Positions 39,921 to 53,552 of a DNA stretch of 64,000 nucleotides are shown here, in pieces (the first letter of the stretch is position 1; each line of letters begins with the position of its first letter). The notes under the pieces are model-generated. The model did not search any database and was not told the DNA's origin. It saw nothing but the letters and a program-made list of their open reading frames with translations. Source of the stretch: Trueperaceae bacterium (GTDB lineage: Bacteria; Deinococcota; Deinococci; Deinococcales; Trueperaceae); contig JAXHLW010000013.1 of the NCBI GenBank assembly GCA_034521815.1, positions 1,152,001 to 1,216,000 of the forward strand, in the 5' to 3' direction. The position numbers and the translations under genes are program-made.

Positions 39921-40588
39921 CAGCGCGGCTCCGCGACGTCCTCGGACGGAGCGGCGTCGCCGCGCCCGGTTCCCTCGCGCCGCGTCGCGACCGCTTGAAC
40001 GACCTCGCCCATCAGCTCCTCGCGACGGCGCTCGACCTCGAGCAGGATTCCGTCCACGCGACTCGAGAGCACGTTCTGGCCGATCAGCGCGGGGATCGCG
40101 ACGATCAGGCCGGCCGCGGTCGTGACCAGCGCCTGGCCGATCCCGTCGGCCAACGCCGCCGGATCGCCCGTGCCCTGCTGAGAGATTTCGGCGAAGGCGA
40201 TGATCATCCCTGTCACGGTACCGAGAAGGCCCATCAACGGCGCGATCTGGGCGACGGTCGCCAGCGGACGCAGCCCCCGAGCGAGCTCCTGCTCGAGCTC
40301 GAGGCTGGCCTCCTGGAACGCCGCCTCGACCGCGGAACGCCCGTACGGAAGACGCGTGAGGGCTGCGCCCAGGACGCGCGCGACCGGGCCGCCGTGGGCT
40401 TCGCACGCTGCGAGAGCGGTGTCGAGATCGCGCTCGCGCACCGCCGCGTTGACGCGGCTCATCAGCCGCTCGCTGTCGGTGCGCTCGCGCGACAGCTTGA
40501 TGAACCTCGCCAGGAACACGTAGAGCGCGTAGAGCGATACCGCCACGATCGCAACCAGGACGGGGCCGCCACTCAGGATCAGATCCAT
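39920..40588 (-). CDS. exbB: MotA/TolQ/ExbB proton channel
   Basis: APLMGLLGTVTGMI and GIGQALVTTAAGL motifs. Confidence 0.9.
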   Translation of the reverse strand: MDLILSGGPVLVAIVAVSLYALYVFLARFIKLSRERTDSERLMSRVNAAVRERDLDTALAACEAHGGPVARVLGAALTRLPYGRSAVEAAFQEASLELEQELARGLRPLATVAQIAPLMGLLGTVTGMIIAFAEISQQGTGDPAALADGIGQALVTTAAGLIVAIPALIGQNVLSSRVDGILLEVERRREELMGEVVQAVATRREGTGRGDAAPSEDVAEPR

Positions 40589-40646
40589 GCCTCTCCCCTC
40601 ACATAAGGAGCGTACGCGCGACCGGACTGAGCGGCATGAGAGCCGA

Positions 40647-43391
<2,745 letters not shown>

Positions 43392-43392
43392 C

Positions 43393-44178
43393 CTACCGCG
43401 GGTCGTCCGCGTCGCCCTCCTCGGTCCATTGGATGCGTCGGATCGTGCGCGCGCGGGCACCCTCGATCTCGATCGCGACGGCGCAGACCGTGGCCGGACC
43501 GTTGGCGGGGCGGAAGCGCTTGGGCGTCTTGCGTGTGAACCGGTGATGCACCTCTTCGAACCCCATGCCGATCGACGACGCCTGCACCCCCGTCATCCCC
43601 ACGTCGGTGATGTACGCCGTTCCCCGCAGGATCGTCTCGTCCGCCGTCTGCACGTGCGTGTGCGTCCCGATGGCCGCCGCCGCCCGACCCGCGGCGTGCC
43701 AACCGAGCACCTTCTTCTCGCTGGTCGCCTCGGCGTGCACGTCGATGATCACCGGATGATCGCTGCCCACACGCTCGAACAGATCGTCCATGGCGCGGAA
43801 CGGATCGTCGAGAGGGTCGATGAACACGCGGCCCATCACCTGCGCGACGGTGATCCTCTCCCCGCCAGGCAGCGTGAACGTAGCGGCGCCCAGACCCGGG
43901 GTTCCGGGCGGGTAGTTCAGCGGACGGATCAGGTGCTGGGTCTCCTCGAGCAGCTCCGCGGTCTCGGCCTGGTCGAAGGTGTGGTTCCCGAGCGTGACGA
44001 CGTCGGCACCGGCGTCCCGGAGCTGCTGGAAGTGCTTGCGCACGATGCCGAAGCCGCCGGCTGCGTTCTCGCCGTTGACGATCGCGAAGTCGTACTCGGC
44101 CCTCTTGGCGTGGAGGAACGCTCGCGCGGCCTTGAGGCCCGGGGTGGCGAAGACGTCGCCGACGAATAGAACGCGCAC
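43393..44178 (-). CDS. YmdB-like (TIGR00282) metallophosphoesterase
   Basis: FVGDV, NGENAAGG, TLGNH, HAEATSEK and GTHTHV motifs. Confidence 0.92.
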   Translation of the reverse strand: MRVLFVGDVFATPGLKAARAFLHAKRAEYDFAIVNGENAAGGFGIVRKHFQQLRDAGADVVTLGNHTFDQAETAELLEETQHLIRPLNYPPGTPGLGAATFTLPGGERITVAQVMGRVFIDPLDDPFRAMDDLFERVGSDHPVIIDVHAEATSEKKVLGWHAAGRAAAAIGTHTHVQTADETILRGTAYITDVGMTGVQASSIGMGFEEVHHRFTRKTPKRFRPANGPATVCAVAIEIEGARARTIRRIQWTEEGDADDPR

Positions 44179-44231
44179 GCTACGAAGCGTACCAGCCGCT
44201 TGCGCCCAGGAGCCGGGTGGTAGCGTCGGGC

Positions 44232-44723
44232 ATGGAACGCTTCGACGCGATCGACCGGCGCATCCTCGCGATCCTCCGCGAGAACGGCCGTGCATCCCAC
44301 GCGTACGTCGCCAAGCAGGTCGGCCTCTCCGCTCCCGCCGTGGGCGAGCGGATCCGCAAGCTCGAGCAGGCCGGTGTCGTGACGGGCTACCGGGCGGTGC
44401 TGGCGCCCGAAGCGCTGGGCCTGCCGATCTGCGCCTTCGTGGCCCTCGCGCCGCGGCCGGGGACGGTGGTCGCCGAGCTGGTCGAGCGGCTGCTGGAGCT
44501 GCCCGAGATCGAAGAGCTCCACTCCGTGGCGGGAACGTACAGCTACTTCGCGAAGGTCCGCGTCGCGAGTCCGGAGAAGCTCGACGAGTTCCTCGACCGG
44601 CTGATGATGATGGAAGGCGTCGAGAGGACCGAGACCACCATGGTGCTACGTACCAGTGCCGAGCGGCCGGTGCCGCTTCCGTTCGACGCCGCCGCCCAGA
44701 GCCCGACGACCGGCTCGTCATGA
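44232..44723 (+). CDS. Lrp/AsnC family regulator
   Basis: DAIDRRILAIL...VGLSAPAVGERIRKLEQAGVV motif. Confidence 0.93.
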   Translation: MERFDAIDRRILAILRENGRASHAYVAKQVGLSAPAVGERIRKLEQAGVVTGYRAVLAPEALGLPICAFVALAPRPGTVVAELVERLLELPEIEELHSVAGTYSYFAKVRVASPEKLDEFLDRLMMMEGVERTETTMVLRTSAERPVPLPFDAAAQSPTTGSS

Positions 44724-45919
44724 CACCCGTGCGGCCGCTCCTTCGCGGCGACGTCGACGACTATCTCCGGCTCAGACGCGCGTCGTTCGGCCTTCCTCGC
44801 GATCTGGTCGACGCCGAGGCGCGAGCGATCCTGACCTCGCGACTGCCGTACAGCCGCGGCGTGGACCACGGCGGCCAGCTCGTGGCGGCGTGCACCTGGT
44901 TCCCCTTCCCGGCCTGGATCGGAGGCGTGCGCGTCACCACCGGCGCGTTGGCGGCCGTGGTGTCGGCGCCCGAGTCGCGCCGCCGCGGCAACGTTCGGGA
45001 GCTGGTCCTGGACGGCTTGCGCGAGCTTCACGAAGCGGGCGTCGGCTGGTCGATCGAGTACCCGTTCGATCCCGCCTTCTACGCCAGACTGGGCTATCGA
45101 TCGTTTCCGAACGGCGTCGTGCTGGACCTGCCGATCGACCGACTCCCCGGCGACGTTCGCGACACGACGTTCGCGCCGGTGCCCGATCTCGACCCGGAGC
45201 TGCGCCGGATACGGACCGTGTTCGCTGCGGCGCACGGCTTCGGACTGGACCGCGACGAGCCGGGACCCGAGCCCGGAGAGGCCACCACGCTGCGCTGGCG
45301 CCGCATCTTCGAGGCGCCGACCGACGACGCCACGCCCGCGACGGCGTACCGGACGGAGGGTGGCTACGCGATCGTCGCGACCGAGGGGTTCGGTCCCGAC
45401 GGCGTGCTGCACGTGGTGGACGCGGCGTGGACGGACGGTGCCGCCCGCCGGCGGGTGTTGGCGATGTTGCGGGCGTGGCGGGGTCAGGTGGGGACGGTCC
45501 GCCTGGACCTGCCCCCGTACGACCCGCTGGCCCTGTCCGAAGCGCCCCGTCACGCTCGCGAGCGGACGGTGCTCCAGGGACGCATCGTCGACGTCGCCTC
45601 TGCGCTGGCCCCGCTACGGCCGGCGCGACCTCCGGGACGCGCCTCGGTGAGCTTCGAGCTGCACGATCCGCACTGTCCTTGGAACGAGGGCCGCTGGCGC
45701 GCCGAGCTGCACGCGGACGGCTGCGTCGTCGAGCGCCACGCCCGAGGAGACGCCGACGTGAGGCTGGCGGCGGATGCGCTGGCCGCCGTGCTCGCCGGCG
45801 TGCCACCGTCCGCGCTCCTGGCCACGGGCGAGGTGGAGGGCGACCTGGGCGCGCTGCACGCGTTGGCGGCGACGACGGCGGATCATCCGCCGTTCCAGGG
45901 GGTCGTGGACCACTTCTGA
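44720..45919 (+). CDS. Eis-like GNAT acetyltransferase
   Basis: VVSAPESRRRG, YPFDPAFYARLGY and C-terminal DPHCPWNEG SCP-like region. Confidence 0.85.
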   Translation: MTPVRPLLRGDVDDYLRLRRASFGLPRDLVDAEARAILTSRLPYSRGVDHGGQLVAACTWFPFPAWIGGVRVTTGALAAVVSAPESRRRGNVRELVLDGLRELHEAGVGWSIEYPFDPAFYARLGYRSFPNGVVLDLPIDRLPGDVRDTTFAPVPDLDPELRRIRTVFAAAHGFGLDRDEPGPEPGEATTLRWRRIFEAPTDDATPATAYRTEGGYAIVATEGFGPDGVLHVVDAAWTDGAARRRVLAMLRAWRGQVGTVRLDLPPYDPLALSEAPRHARERTVLQGRIVDVASALAPLRPARPPGRASVSFELHDPHCPWNEGRWRAELHADGCVVERHARGDADVRLAADALAAVLAGVPPSALLATGEVEGDLGALHALAATTADHPPFQGVVDHF

Positions 45920-47466
45920 GGCGCGTCGTGGACGACCGCCTCACGGAACCAGTCCGGAAGCCGATCGTGCTCGCGGCGTAGGAACGCGGGAAAGTCGGCG
46001 TCCAGCAGGTACGTCACCGCGTGATCGTCGGCGCTGCGGACGGTCCGTCCGTACGCCTGCACGACCGTCAGGCAGGTACGCCAGGCGTACCAGGACGGGT
46101 CGCGGGCACGTCTGGCGGCGACCTGGGGATCGCCGAGAAACGGCCAGGGGATCTTGCAGATCGCCTGCCAACGCGCGGCGTCGTCGGCGAGGTCCACGCC
46201 CTCCGTCATGCTGGGGGTGAGCAGCACCGTCGGCGCCTCGTCGCTCAGATGGGCGACGAGGGCGGCGTCGCGCCCAGCGGCGTCGGCATGGCTGCGAATC
46301 CTGCCGCGAAGGTCCTCCGGCAGACCGGCCTCGATCGCGCGGGCGATCCGATACGAGTGCGCGTGCACGACCCCCTTCTCGTGGGGGTGAAGACGCATCA
46401 GCTCCGCGACGGCGTCGGTCAGCTTGGGCAGCTCGGCGGCGAGGTAGTGCCGCGTGAGACGTGCCGCGGGCCGAAGGTGGATCGGCCGCCGCTCGGGCGG
46501 GAAGGTCGACGGTGCGCGGATCAGCGCCACCTCGTCCGGCTCGAGCCCCAGCGCCGCGAGGTAGGTGGCGGGGTCGAGAATCGTGGCGGACATGAGCAGG
46601 ACGCGCTTGCCCAATCGAAAGAGCAACGGCTCGGCGAAGGCGGCGACGTCGACGGGCCGAATCGACAGGATGCGTCCTGCGGCGTCGCGTCCCTCCTCGA
46701 CCACCCATTCCGCGTCGCCTTCGTCCATGCTCTCCGCCAGGAGCGAGAGGCCGCTCAGCGCGCCGTCCAGCCAGCGTTTCACGCGTAGCGCCTGCATCGC
46801 CGCCGCCGAGGTGTCGGGCAGCGTCTCGATCCGGGCCGTGACGTCGCGCAGTCGGGCATGCAGCGCGGGCACCAGGTCCAGAACGCTCTCGATGAGCCCC
46901 CACGGCTCGCTCCCCTGCGGCAGACCGTGCTCCACGCCGGCCCGGGCGAGCTCGGCATCGGAGAGCCGAACCTCGACGTAGCGCATCAGCGCTCCTTCGA
47001 TCCCGTGGGCTTCATCGAGCACCAGCAGCTCGCGGGGGCCGAAGCCGCCCGCATGGTTCGTCTCGGCCAGGGCGTAGGCGTAGTTCATCACCGTCTGGTC
47101 GGCGGCCACCGCCACGTCCTTGGCGCGAAAGTAGGGACAGTCGTCGCACTGCGGGAAGGTCCGTCCCACCAGGCACGGCGCGGCGGCGGCATGGGTGTCG
47201 ACGACCAGACAGTCGTAGTTCGAGCGGCCCTTCATCAGCGCCACGTCCGGGAAGTCGCGCAGGTACTGGTCCTGGAGGAGCTTCTGCGCTGTGAGCAGGT
47301 AGGCGCTGGCCGCCTCTCGGGCGAGAGCCACCGCGATCGCCGACTTTCCCGACCCGGTGGGCGCCTCGAGCACCACGAAGCGATGGCCCGCCTCGAACGC
47401 GTCCCGAACGGCCTCGAGCGCTTCGCGCTGACCACTGCGGAAGCGCGCGAACGGAAATGATGGCAC
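45883..47466 (-). CDS. DinG/XPD-family helicase with Fe-S cysteines
   Basis: EAPTGSGKS, DEAH, MSAT, EGVD and QAYGR motifs; four Cys after KGRSNY. Confidence 0.88.
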   Translation of the reverse strand: MPSFPFARFRSGQREALEAVRDAFEAGHRFVVLEAPTGSGKSAIAVALAREAASAYLLTAQKLLQDQYLRDFPDVALMKGRSNYDCLVVDTHAAAAPCLVGRTFPQCDDCPYFRAKDVAVAADQTVMNYAYALAETNHAGGFGPRELLVLDEAHGIEGALMRYVEVRLSDAELARAGVEHGLPQGSEPWGLIESVLDLVPALHARLRDVTARIETLPDTSAAAMQALRVKRWLDGALSGLSLLAESMDEGDAEWVVEEGRDAAGRILSIRPVDVAAFAEPLLFRLGKRVLLMSATILDPATYLAALGLEPDEVALIRAPSTFPPERRPIHLRPAARLTRHYLAAELPKLTDAVAELMRLHPHEKGVVHAHSYRIARAIEAGLPEDLRGRIRSHADAAGRDAALVAHLSDEAPTVLLTPSMTEGVDLADDAARWQAICKIPWPFLGDPQVAARRARDPSWYAWRTCLTVVQAYGRTVRSADDHAVTYLLDADFPAFLRREHDRLPDWFREAVVHDAPQKWSTTPWNGG

Positions 47467-47539
47467 GGCGCACGCTATCACGGCGGTCCGCTCGCGGCCG
47501 AACGAGAAGACGGACCGGCGCGAGCGCCGATCCGTGATC

Positions 47540-47627
47540 TGGTGCCGAGGATGGGACTCGAACCCACACGACCTAAGCGGTCACTAGCCCCTCAAGCTAG
47601 CGCGTCTACCAATTCCGCCACCTCGGC
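47540..47627 (-). tRNA. tRNA-Leu(GAG)
   Basis: Cloverleaf GCCGAGG...CCTCGGCACCA, anticodon arm CTAGC-TTGAGGG-GCTAG, long variable arm, GGTTCGAGTCC T-arm, encoded CCA. Confidence 0.96.
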
Positions 47628-47650
47628 GTGTCTTTCGGGACGCGAACGAA

Positions 47651-47679
47651 AGCGTACCGCCGGCCCGAGGGGGTGTCAA
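47651..47679 (-). promoter_or_regulatory. Sigma70 promoter of tRNA-Leu
   Basis: TTGACA, 17-nt spacer, TACGCT on the minus strand. Confidence 0.8.
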
Positions 47680-47711
47680 GACGAGTGCCCGCCTCGGGTA
47701 TCCTCGCAGCC

Positions 47712-48449
47712 ATGCCGACCGCCCGCCGCGCCGCCCGCGTGTTCGAGGTCCTCGCTCGCCGGCAGCCCGACCTGACGGTGCTGGCCGAGGACGTCTACAA
47801 GCCGCACAACCTGTCCGCCATGATCCGATCGTGCGACGCGGTCGGGATCGGCGCGGTGCACGCCGTCCGGCCGACGGGCGGCGTCCCGACCTACGGCGCG
47901 ACCAGCGCGTCGGCCGAGAAGTGGGTCGACGTCGTCGTCCATACCGCGGTCGACCGTGCGATCGACGAGCTGAAGGCGGACGGCATGCAGGTCCTCGCGG
48001 CCCACTTCTCCGCGCACGCGGTGGACTATCGAGACGTCGACTACGTCCGTCCCACCGCGATCCTGTTCGGAAACGAGCGCTCCGGGGTCTCCGGGCGCGC
48101 CGCCGCGCGGGCCGACGCGCACGTCGTGATTCCGATGCTGGGCATGGTCGAGTCGCTCAACGTGTCCGTCGCCACCGCCGTGATCCTGTTCGAGGCCCAG
48201 CGACAGCGGCGCGAGGCGGGGCGGTACCTCCGCCCCGCCCTGCCGGCTCGGGTTCGCAACGACGCGGCGTTCAGGTGGCTGTACCCGGCTCGCGCCGAAC
48301 AGCTCGACGCGGCGTTCGCCCCGATCCCATGGCTGGACGCGGACGGCGATCCGTGGCCCGCCGACGCCGACGGGCCTCCCCCCTGGGCACTCGAGGACGA
48401 GCCGTGGATCACGGACGAGCCCGGCGAGACACGCCACACTGACGTATGA
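47712..48449 (+). CDS. trmH: tRNA (guanosine-18 2'-O)-methyltransferase
   Basis: KPHNLSAMIRSCDAVG, FGNERSG and IPMLGMVESLNVSVA SpoU motifs. Confidence 0.92.
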   Translation: MPTARRAARVFEVLARRQPDLTVLAEDVYKPHNLSAMIRSCDAVGIGAVHAVRPTGGVPTYGATSASAEKWVDVVVHTAVDRAIDELKADGMQVLAAHFSAHAVDYRDVDYVRPTAILFGNERSGVSGRAAARADAHVVIPMLGMVESLNVSVATAVILFEAQRQRREAGRYLRPALPARVRNDAAFRWLYPARAEQLDAAFAPIPWLDADGDPWPADADGPPPWALEDEPWITDEPGETRHTDV

Positions 48450-49618
48450 CCACACAGCGCACCGTCCGCACCGTCCGCACCGATCGGTCGCGTCGCCTGC
48501 TCGGCGCGCTCGTCGTCTCCCTCGCCCTGACGCTGCCGACGGTGGCCGCCGCTCAATCCGCAGCGACGATCGGGTTCGAGACCGTCGCGTCCGGCTTCGA
48601 ACGGCCGCTGGGCGTGGTCGGGAACGGCGAGCTCCTCTACGTGCTGGAGCAGACCGGCAAGGTCCGAATCGTCGACGGCGGCGAGGTACGAGCCGAGCCG
48701 TTCCTCGACCTGTCGGGTCGGGTCTCGACCGGTGGCGAACGCGGCCTGCTGGGCCTCGCCCTCGGTCCGGTACCGGTCGGACCGGACGGTCCCGAGGAGG
48801 CGTTCGTCCACTACACCGACGAGGCGGGCGATACCGTCCTGACGCGCATGCCCATCCGCGAAGGACGCGCGGTCTTAGGCGCCGAGACCGTGATGCTTCG
48901 TCAGCCGCAGCCGTACGGGAACCACAACGGCGGTCAGCTGGCGTTCGGGCCGGACGGCATGCTCTACCTCGGCCTGGGCGACGGGGGGTCGGGCGGCGAT
49001 CCGCTGCGCGCCGGACAGGACCCGGACACGCTCCTCGGCAAGCTGCTGCGGCTGGACGTGAGCGGTGATCCGTACGCGATCCCCCACGACAACCCGTTCG
49101 CGGACGGCGGCGGCCAACCCGAGGTCTGGGCGCTGGGCCTCCGCAATCCGTGGCGGTTCTCGTTCGACGCGGCGACCGGCGATCTCTGGATCGCCGACGT
49201 GGGGCAGAACACCACCGAAGAGGTGGACCGGCTTCCCGCCGGCGCCGAGGGAGGCGCGAACTTCGGCTGGAGCGTGCTCGAGGGCGACCGCTGCTTCCGT
49301 CAGGACGAGTGCGACCGCTCCGGCACGGTTCCGCCCGTCGCCGTGTACGACCACGGCGACGGGCTGGGCCGCTCGGTGACCGGAGGTCACGTCTACCGGG
49401 GAACGGCGCTTCCCGCCCTGCAAGGGGCGTACGTGTTCGGCGACTTCGTGGGCGGCACCGTCATGGTCGTACGGCCGCTCGGCGGAGCCGGGCAGCCCGT
49501 CGCGCCCACGCTCCTGGCCCGGCCCGGCTTTCCGGTAGCCAGTTTCGGGCTCGACGCCGACGACGAGCTTCTGGTCGTCGACTACGGCGGCCGCCTGCTG
49601 CGCATGGTGGCTCCCTGA
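48446..49618 (+). CDS. PQQ-dependent sugar dehydrogenase (GSDH family), secreted
   Basis: GERGLLG, NHNGGQLAFGPDGMLY and GLRNPWRFSFD motifs. Confidence 0.9.
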   Translation: MTTQRTVRTVRTDRSRRLLGALVVSLALTLPTVAAAQSAATIGFETVASGFERPLGVVGNGELLYVLEQTGKVRIVDGGEVRAEPFLDLSGRVSTGGERGLLGLALGPVPVGPDGPEEAFVHYTDEAGDTVLTRMPIREGRAVLGAETVMLRQPQPYGNHNGGQLAFGPDGMLYLGLGDGGSGGDPLRAGQDPDTLLGKLLRLDVSGDPYAIPHDNPFADGGGQPEVWALGLRNPWRFSFDAATGDLWIADVGQNTTEEVDRLPAGAEGGANFGWSVLEGDRCFRQDECDRSGTVPPVAVYDHGDGLGRSVTGGHVYRGTALPALQGAYVFGDFVGGTVMVVRPLGGAGQPVAPTLLARPGFPVASFGLDADDELLVVDYGGRLLRMVAP

Positions 49619-49634
49619 GCCCGCCGGCCGCTGA

Positions 49635-51355
<1,721 letters not shown>

Positions 51356-51375
51356 GAACACGACGAATCGTCGAC

Positions 51376-51921
51376 TCAGGCTTCGTCCTGCTGAGCCAGG
51401 TACGCCTCGCGCGCCTCGAGGATCATCGCGTGGGTCTCCTCCATCCCGTGCCAACCCTCGACCTGGACCTTCTTGCCCTCGAGCTCCTTGTAGATGTCGA
51501 AGAAGTGCTCGATCTCGTTCAGGCGGTGCGGACTGACCGACGAGATGTGTCGGTTGCTTTCGTAGCGCGGATCGTCGACCGGCACGGCGAGCACCTTCTG
51601 GTCGCGTCCCTTCTCGTCCGACATCTCGAGGAAGGCGAGCGGCCTGGCGCGGAGCACGATCCCGGGGTAGGTCGGGTAGTTCGTGAGCACCAGCACGTCC
51701 ACCGGGTCGCCGTCCTCGGCCAAGGTACCGGGCAGGAAGCCGTAGTCGCCCGGATAGTGCATCGCGCTGTACAGCACCCGGTCCAGGACGAACAGCTCAC
51801 GCTCGGGATCGTACTCGATCTTGTTGGTACTGTTCCGCGGCACCTCGATCACGCAGGTCACCGTTTCCGGCGCGTCGGCGCCGAGGTCGAGATGGTAGAG
51901 GTTCATCGTGTGCGTCTCCAT
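51376..51921 (-). CDS. ppa: Inorganic pyrophosphatase
   Basis: YPGDYG, DGDPVDVLV and HFFDIYKELE motifs. Confidence 0.95.
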   Translation of the reverse strand: METHTMNLYHLDLGADAPETVTCVIEVPRNSTNKIEYDPERELFVLDRVLYSAMHYPGDYGFLPGTLAEDGDPVDVLVLTNYPTYPGIVLRARPLAFLEMSDEKGRDQKVLAVPVDDPRYESNRHISSVSPHRLNEIEHFFDIYKELEGKKVQVEGWHGMEETHAMILEAREAYLAQQDEA

Positions 51922-51984
51922 TCCGGGCCTGTCGAGCCGCTGGGCGTGACCCGGACGGCAGGCTACCGCCGAGAGGGCATCCGG

Positions 51985-52593
51985 TCAATTCACGGGCCGC
52001 TCGGAGTCGTGCTTCGGGCCTGACGACCGCGCGCAGCGGTCCAGGAACAGCGCGTGCATCCGGTCGTCGCCGGACAGCTCGGGATGGAACACGGTGGCCA
52101 TCACCCGGCCGTGCGCCACCGCGACCGGCTCTCCGGCGTGACGCGCCAGCACCTCGACGTCGTCGTCCACGGCGACGATTCGAGGAGCGCGGATGAACAC
52201 CGCGCGGAAGGAACGGTCCAGACCCGTGACGCCCAAGTCGGCTTCGAACGATGCGATCTGCCGGCCGTACGCGTTCCTGGCGACCTCGATCGGCAGGAGT
52301 CCGAGACGAGGCTGCTCCGGGCGTCCCACGATGTCGCGAGCCACGAGGATCGCGCCGGCGCACGTTCCCCAGACGGCGCCTCCTTCGTCGTGAAACGCTG
52401 CGATCGCCCGGTCCAGTCCGTACGCCAGCATCAGCTTCGCCATGGTGGTGGACTCGCCACCCGGCACGACCAGCGCCCCGACGCCGTCGAGATGCGCAGG
52501 AAGCCTCACCTCGCGCACCTGGGTTCCCAGCCGCTCGAACGCACGCCGGTGCTCACGGAACGCGCCTTGCAACGCGAGGATGCCGACGATCAT
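51985..52593 (-). CDS. pdxT: PLP synthase glutaminase subunit
   Basis: GILALQGAFREH, PGGESTT, GTCAG, FIRAP and FHPEL motifs. Confidence 0.95.
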   Translation of the reverse strand: MIVGILALQGAFREHRRAFERLGTQVREVRLPAHLDGVGALVVPGGESTTMAKLMLAYGLDRAIAAFHDEGGAVWGTCAGAILVARDIVGRPEQPRLGLLPIEVARNAYGRQIASFEADLGVTGLDRSFRAVFIRAPRIVAVDDDVEVLARHAGEPVAVAHGRVMATVFHPELSGDDRMHALFLDRCARSSGPKHDSERPVN

Positions 52594-53552
52594 GCCCGCC
52601 CTTCCGCGCCCGCACGCGCACCGGCACGTGCACCCGCTCGTGCACCCGCTCGTGCACCCTGCAGCAACGCCGCGGCGACGACCTCCTGCACCGCCGACCC
52701 CAGCAACGCGGCCGGGATCGGCTCGGCGTCGCCGGCGGACAGCACGAAGACCGCATCGCCGTCGTGCGCCGTGTGCGACGGGCGGGTGACGCGCGCGATG
52801 CCGGCGTGACCCGCGACGGCCAGCGCGCGGCAACCCGCCTTGTCGAGCGTGGCGTCGGTGGCGACGACCACCAGGCTCGTGTTCGTGCCCTGGAACGAGA
52901 ACAGCTCGGCCGCCTCCGCCGCCGTGACCTCCTCGCCCGCGACCGCGCGTCCGGTCGAGGGGTCCACCAGACAGCCGACGGCGTTGCTGACCGCGAGCGC
53001 GGCGACGGTGGCGTTCCCGATCCGCATCGATACGCTTCCGACGCCGGAGACGACGGCCCGGTCGAACCCGCGCATCTTGCCGACGGTCGCCCCCGTCCCG
53101 ACGCCCACGGCTCCGCACGCGACGGGGCCGTCGTTCGCGTCCTGGGCGGCGGCGGCGCCGGCCTCGGCGTCGGGGCGCACGTCCGAACGCCCGACCCCGA
53201 GGTCGTACAGGACGGCGGCGGGAACGATCGGCACCCGGGCGAACGGCGTCTCGAGCCCGACGTTTCGCTGCTCCAGCCAGCGGACCACGCCCGACGCGGC
53301 GTCCAAGCCGAACGCGCTACCGCCCGTCAGGACGATCGCGTGGGCCTGGCGAACGGACTTGTCCGGCTCGAGCAGCGCCGTCTCGCGCGTTCCGGGGGCC
53401 GCACCGAGCACCAGCCCCGACACCGTCCAGCCGGCGTCGGGCGTGAGCACGACCGTGCACCCCGTCCGCGCGTCGACGTCCGTCCAGTGGCCCACCCGCA
53501 GACCCGAGACCGCGGTGAGTCCACGGTCCACGCCCGGGGCCGCCGAGCTCAT
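52590..53552 (-). CDS. P1/S58 (DmpA-like) peptidase
   Basis: GAAPGTRET, LTGGSAFGL, NTSL and DGDAVF motifs; C-terminal (GARA)n tail. Confidence 0.85.
   Translation of the reverse strand: MSSAAPGVDRGLTAVSGLRVGHWTDVDARTGCTVVLTPDAGWTVSGLVLGAAPGTRETALLEPDKSVRQAHAIVLTGGSAFGLDAASGVVRWLEQRNVGLETPFARVPIVPAAVLYDLGVGRSDVRPDAEAGAAAAQDANDGPVACGAVGVGTGATVGKMRGFDRAVVSGVGSVSMRIGNATVAALAVSNAVGCLVDPSTGRAVAGEEVTAAEAAELFSFQGTNTSLVVVATDATLDKAGCRALAVAGHAGIARVTRPSHTAHDGDAVFVLSAGDAEPIPAALLGSAVQEVVAAALLQGARAGARAGARAGARAGAEGRA

Noticed and set aside
47540-47627. tRNA-Leu as an integration site
   Set aside because: No integrase, no noticed duplicate of the tRNA 3' end, and no composition change around it.
52600-52660. 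12-bp repeat encoding (GARA)n at the peptidase C-terminus
   Set aside because: An in-frame low-complexity tail, most simply explained by slippage.
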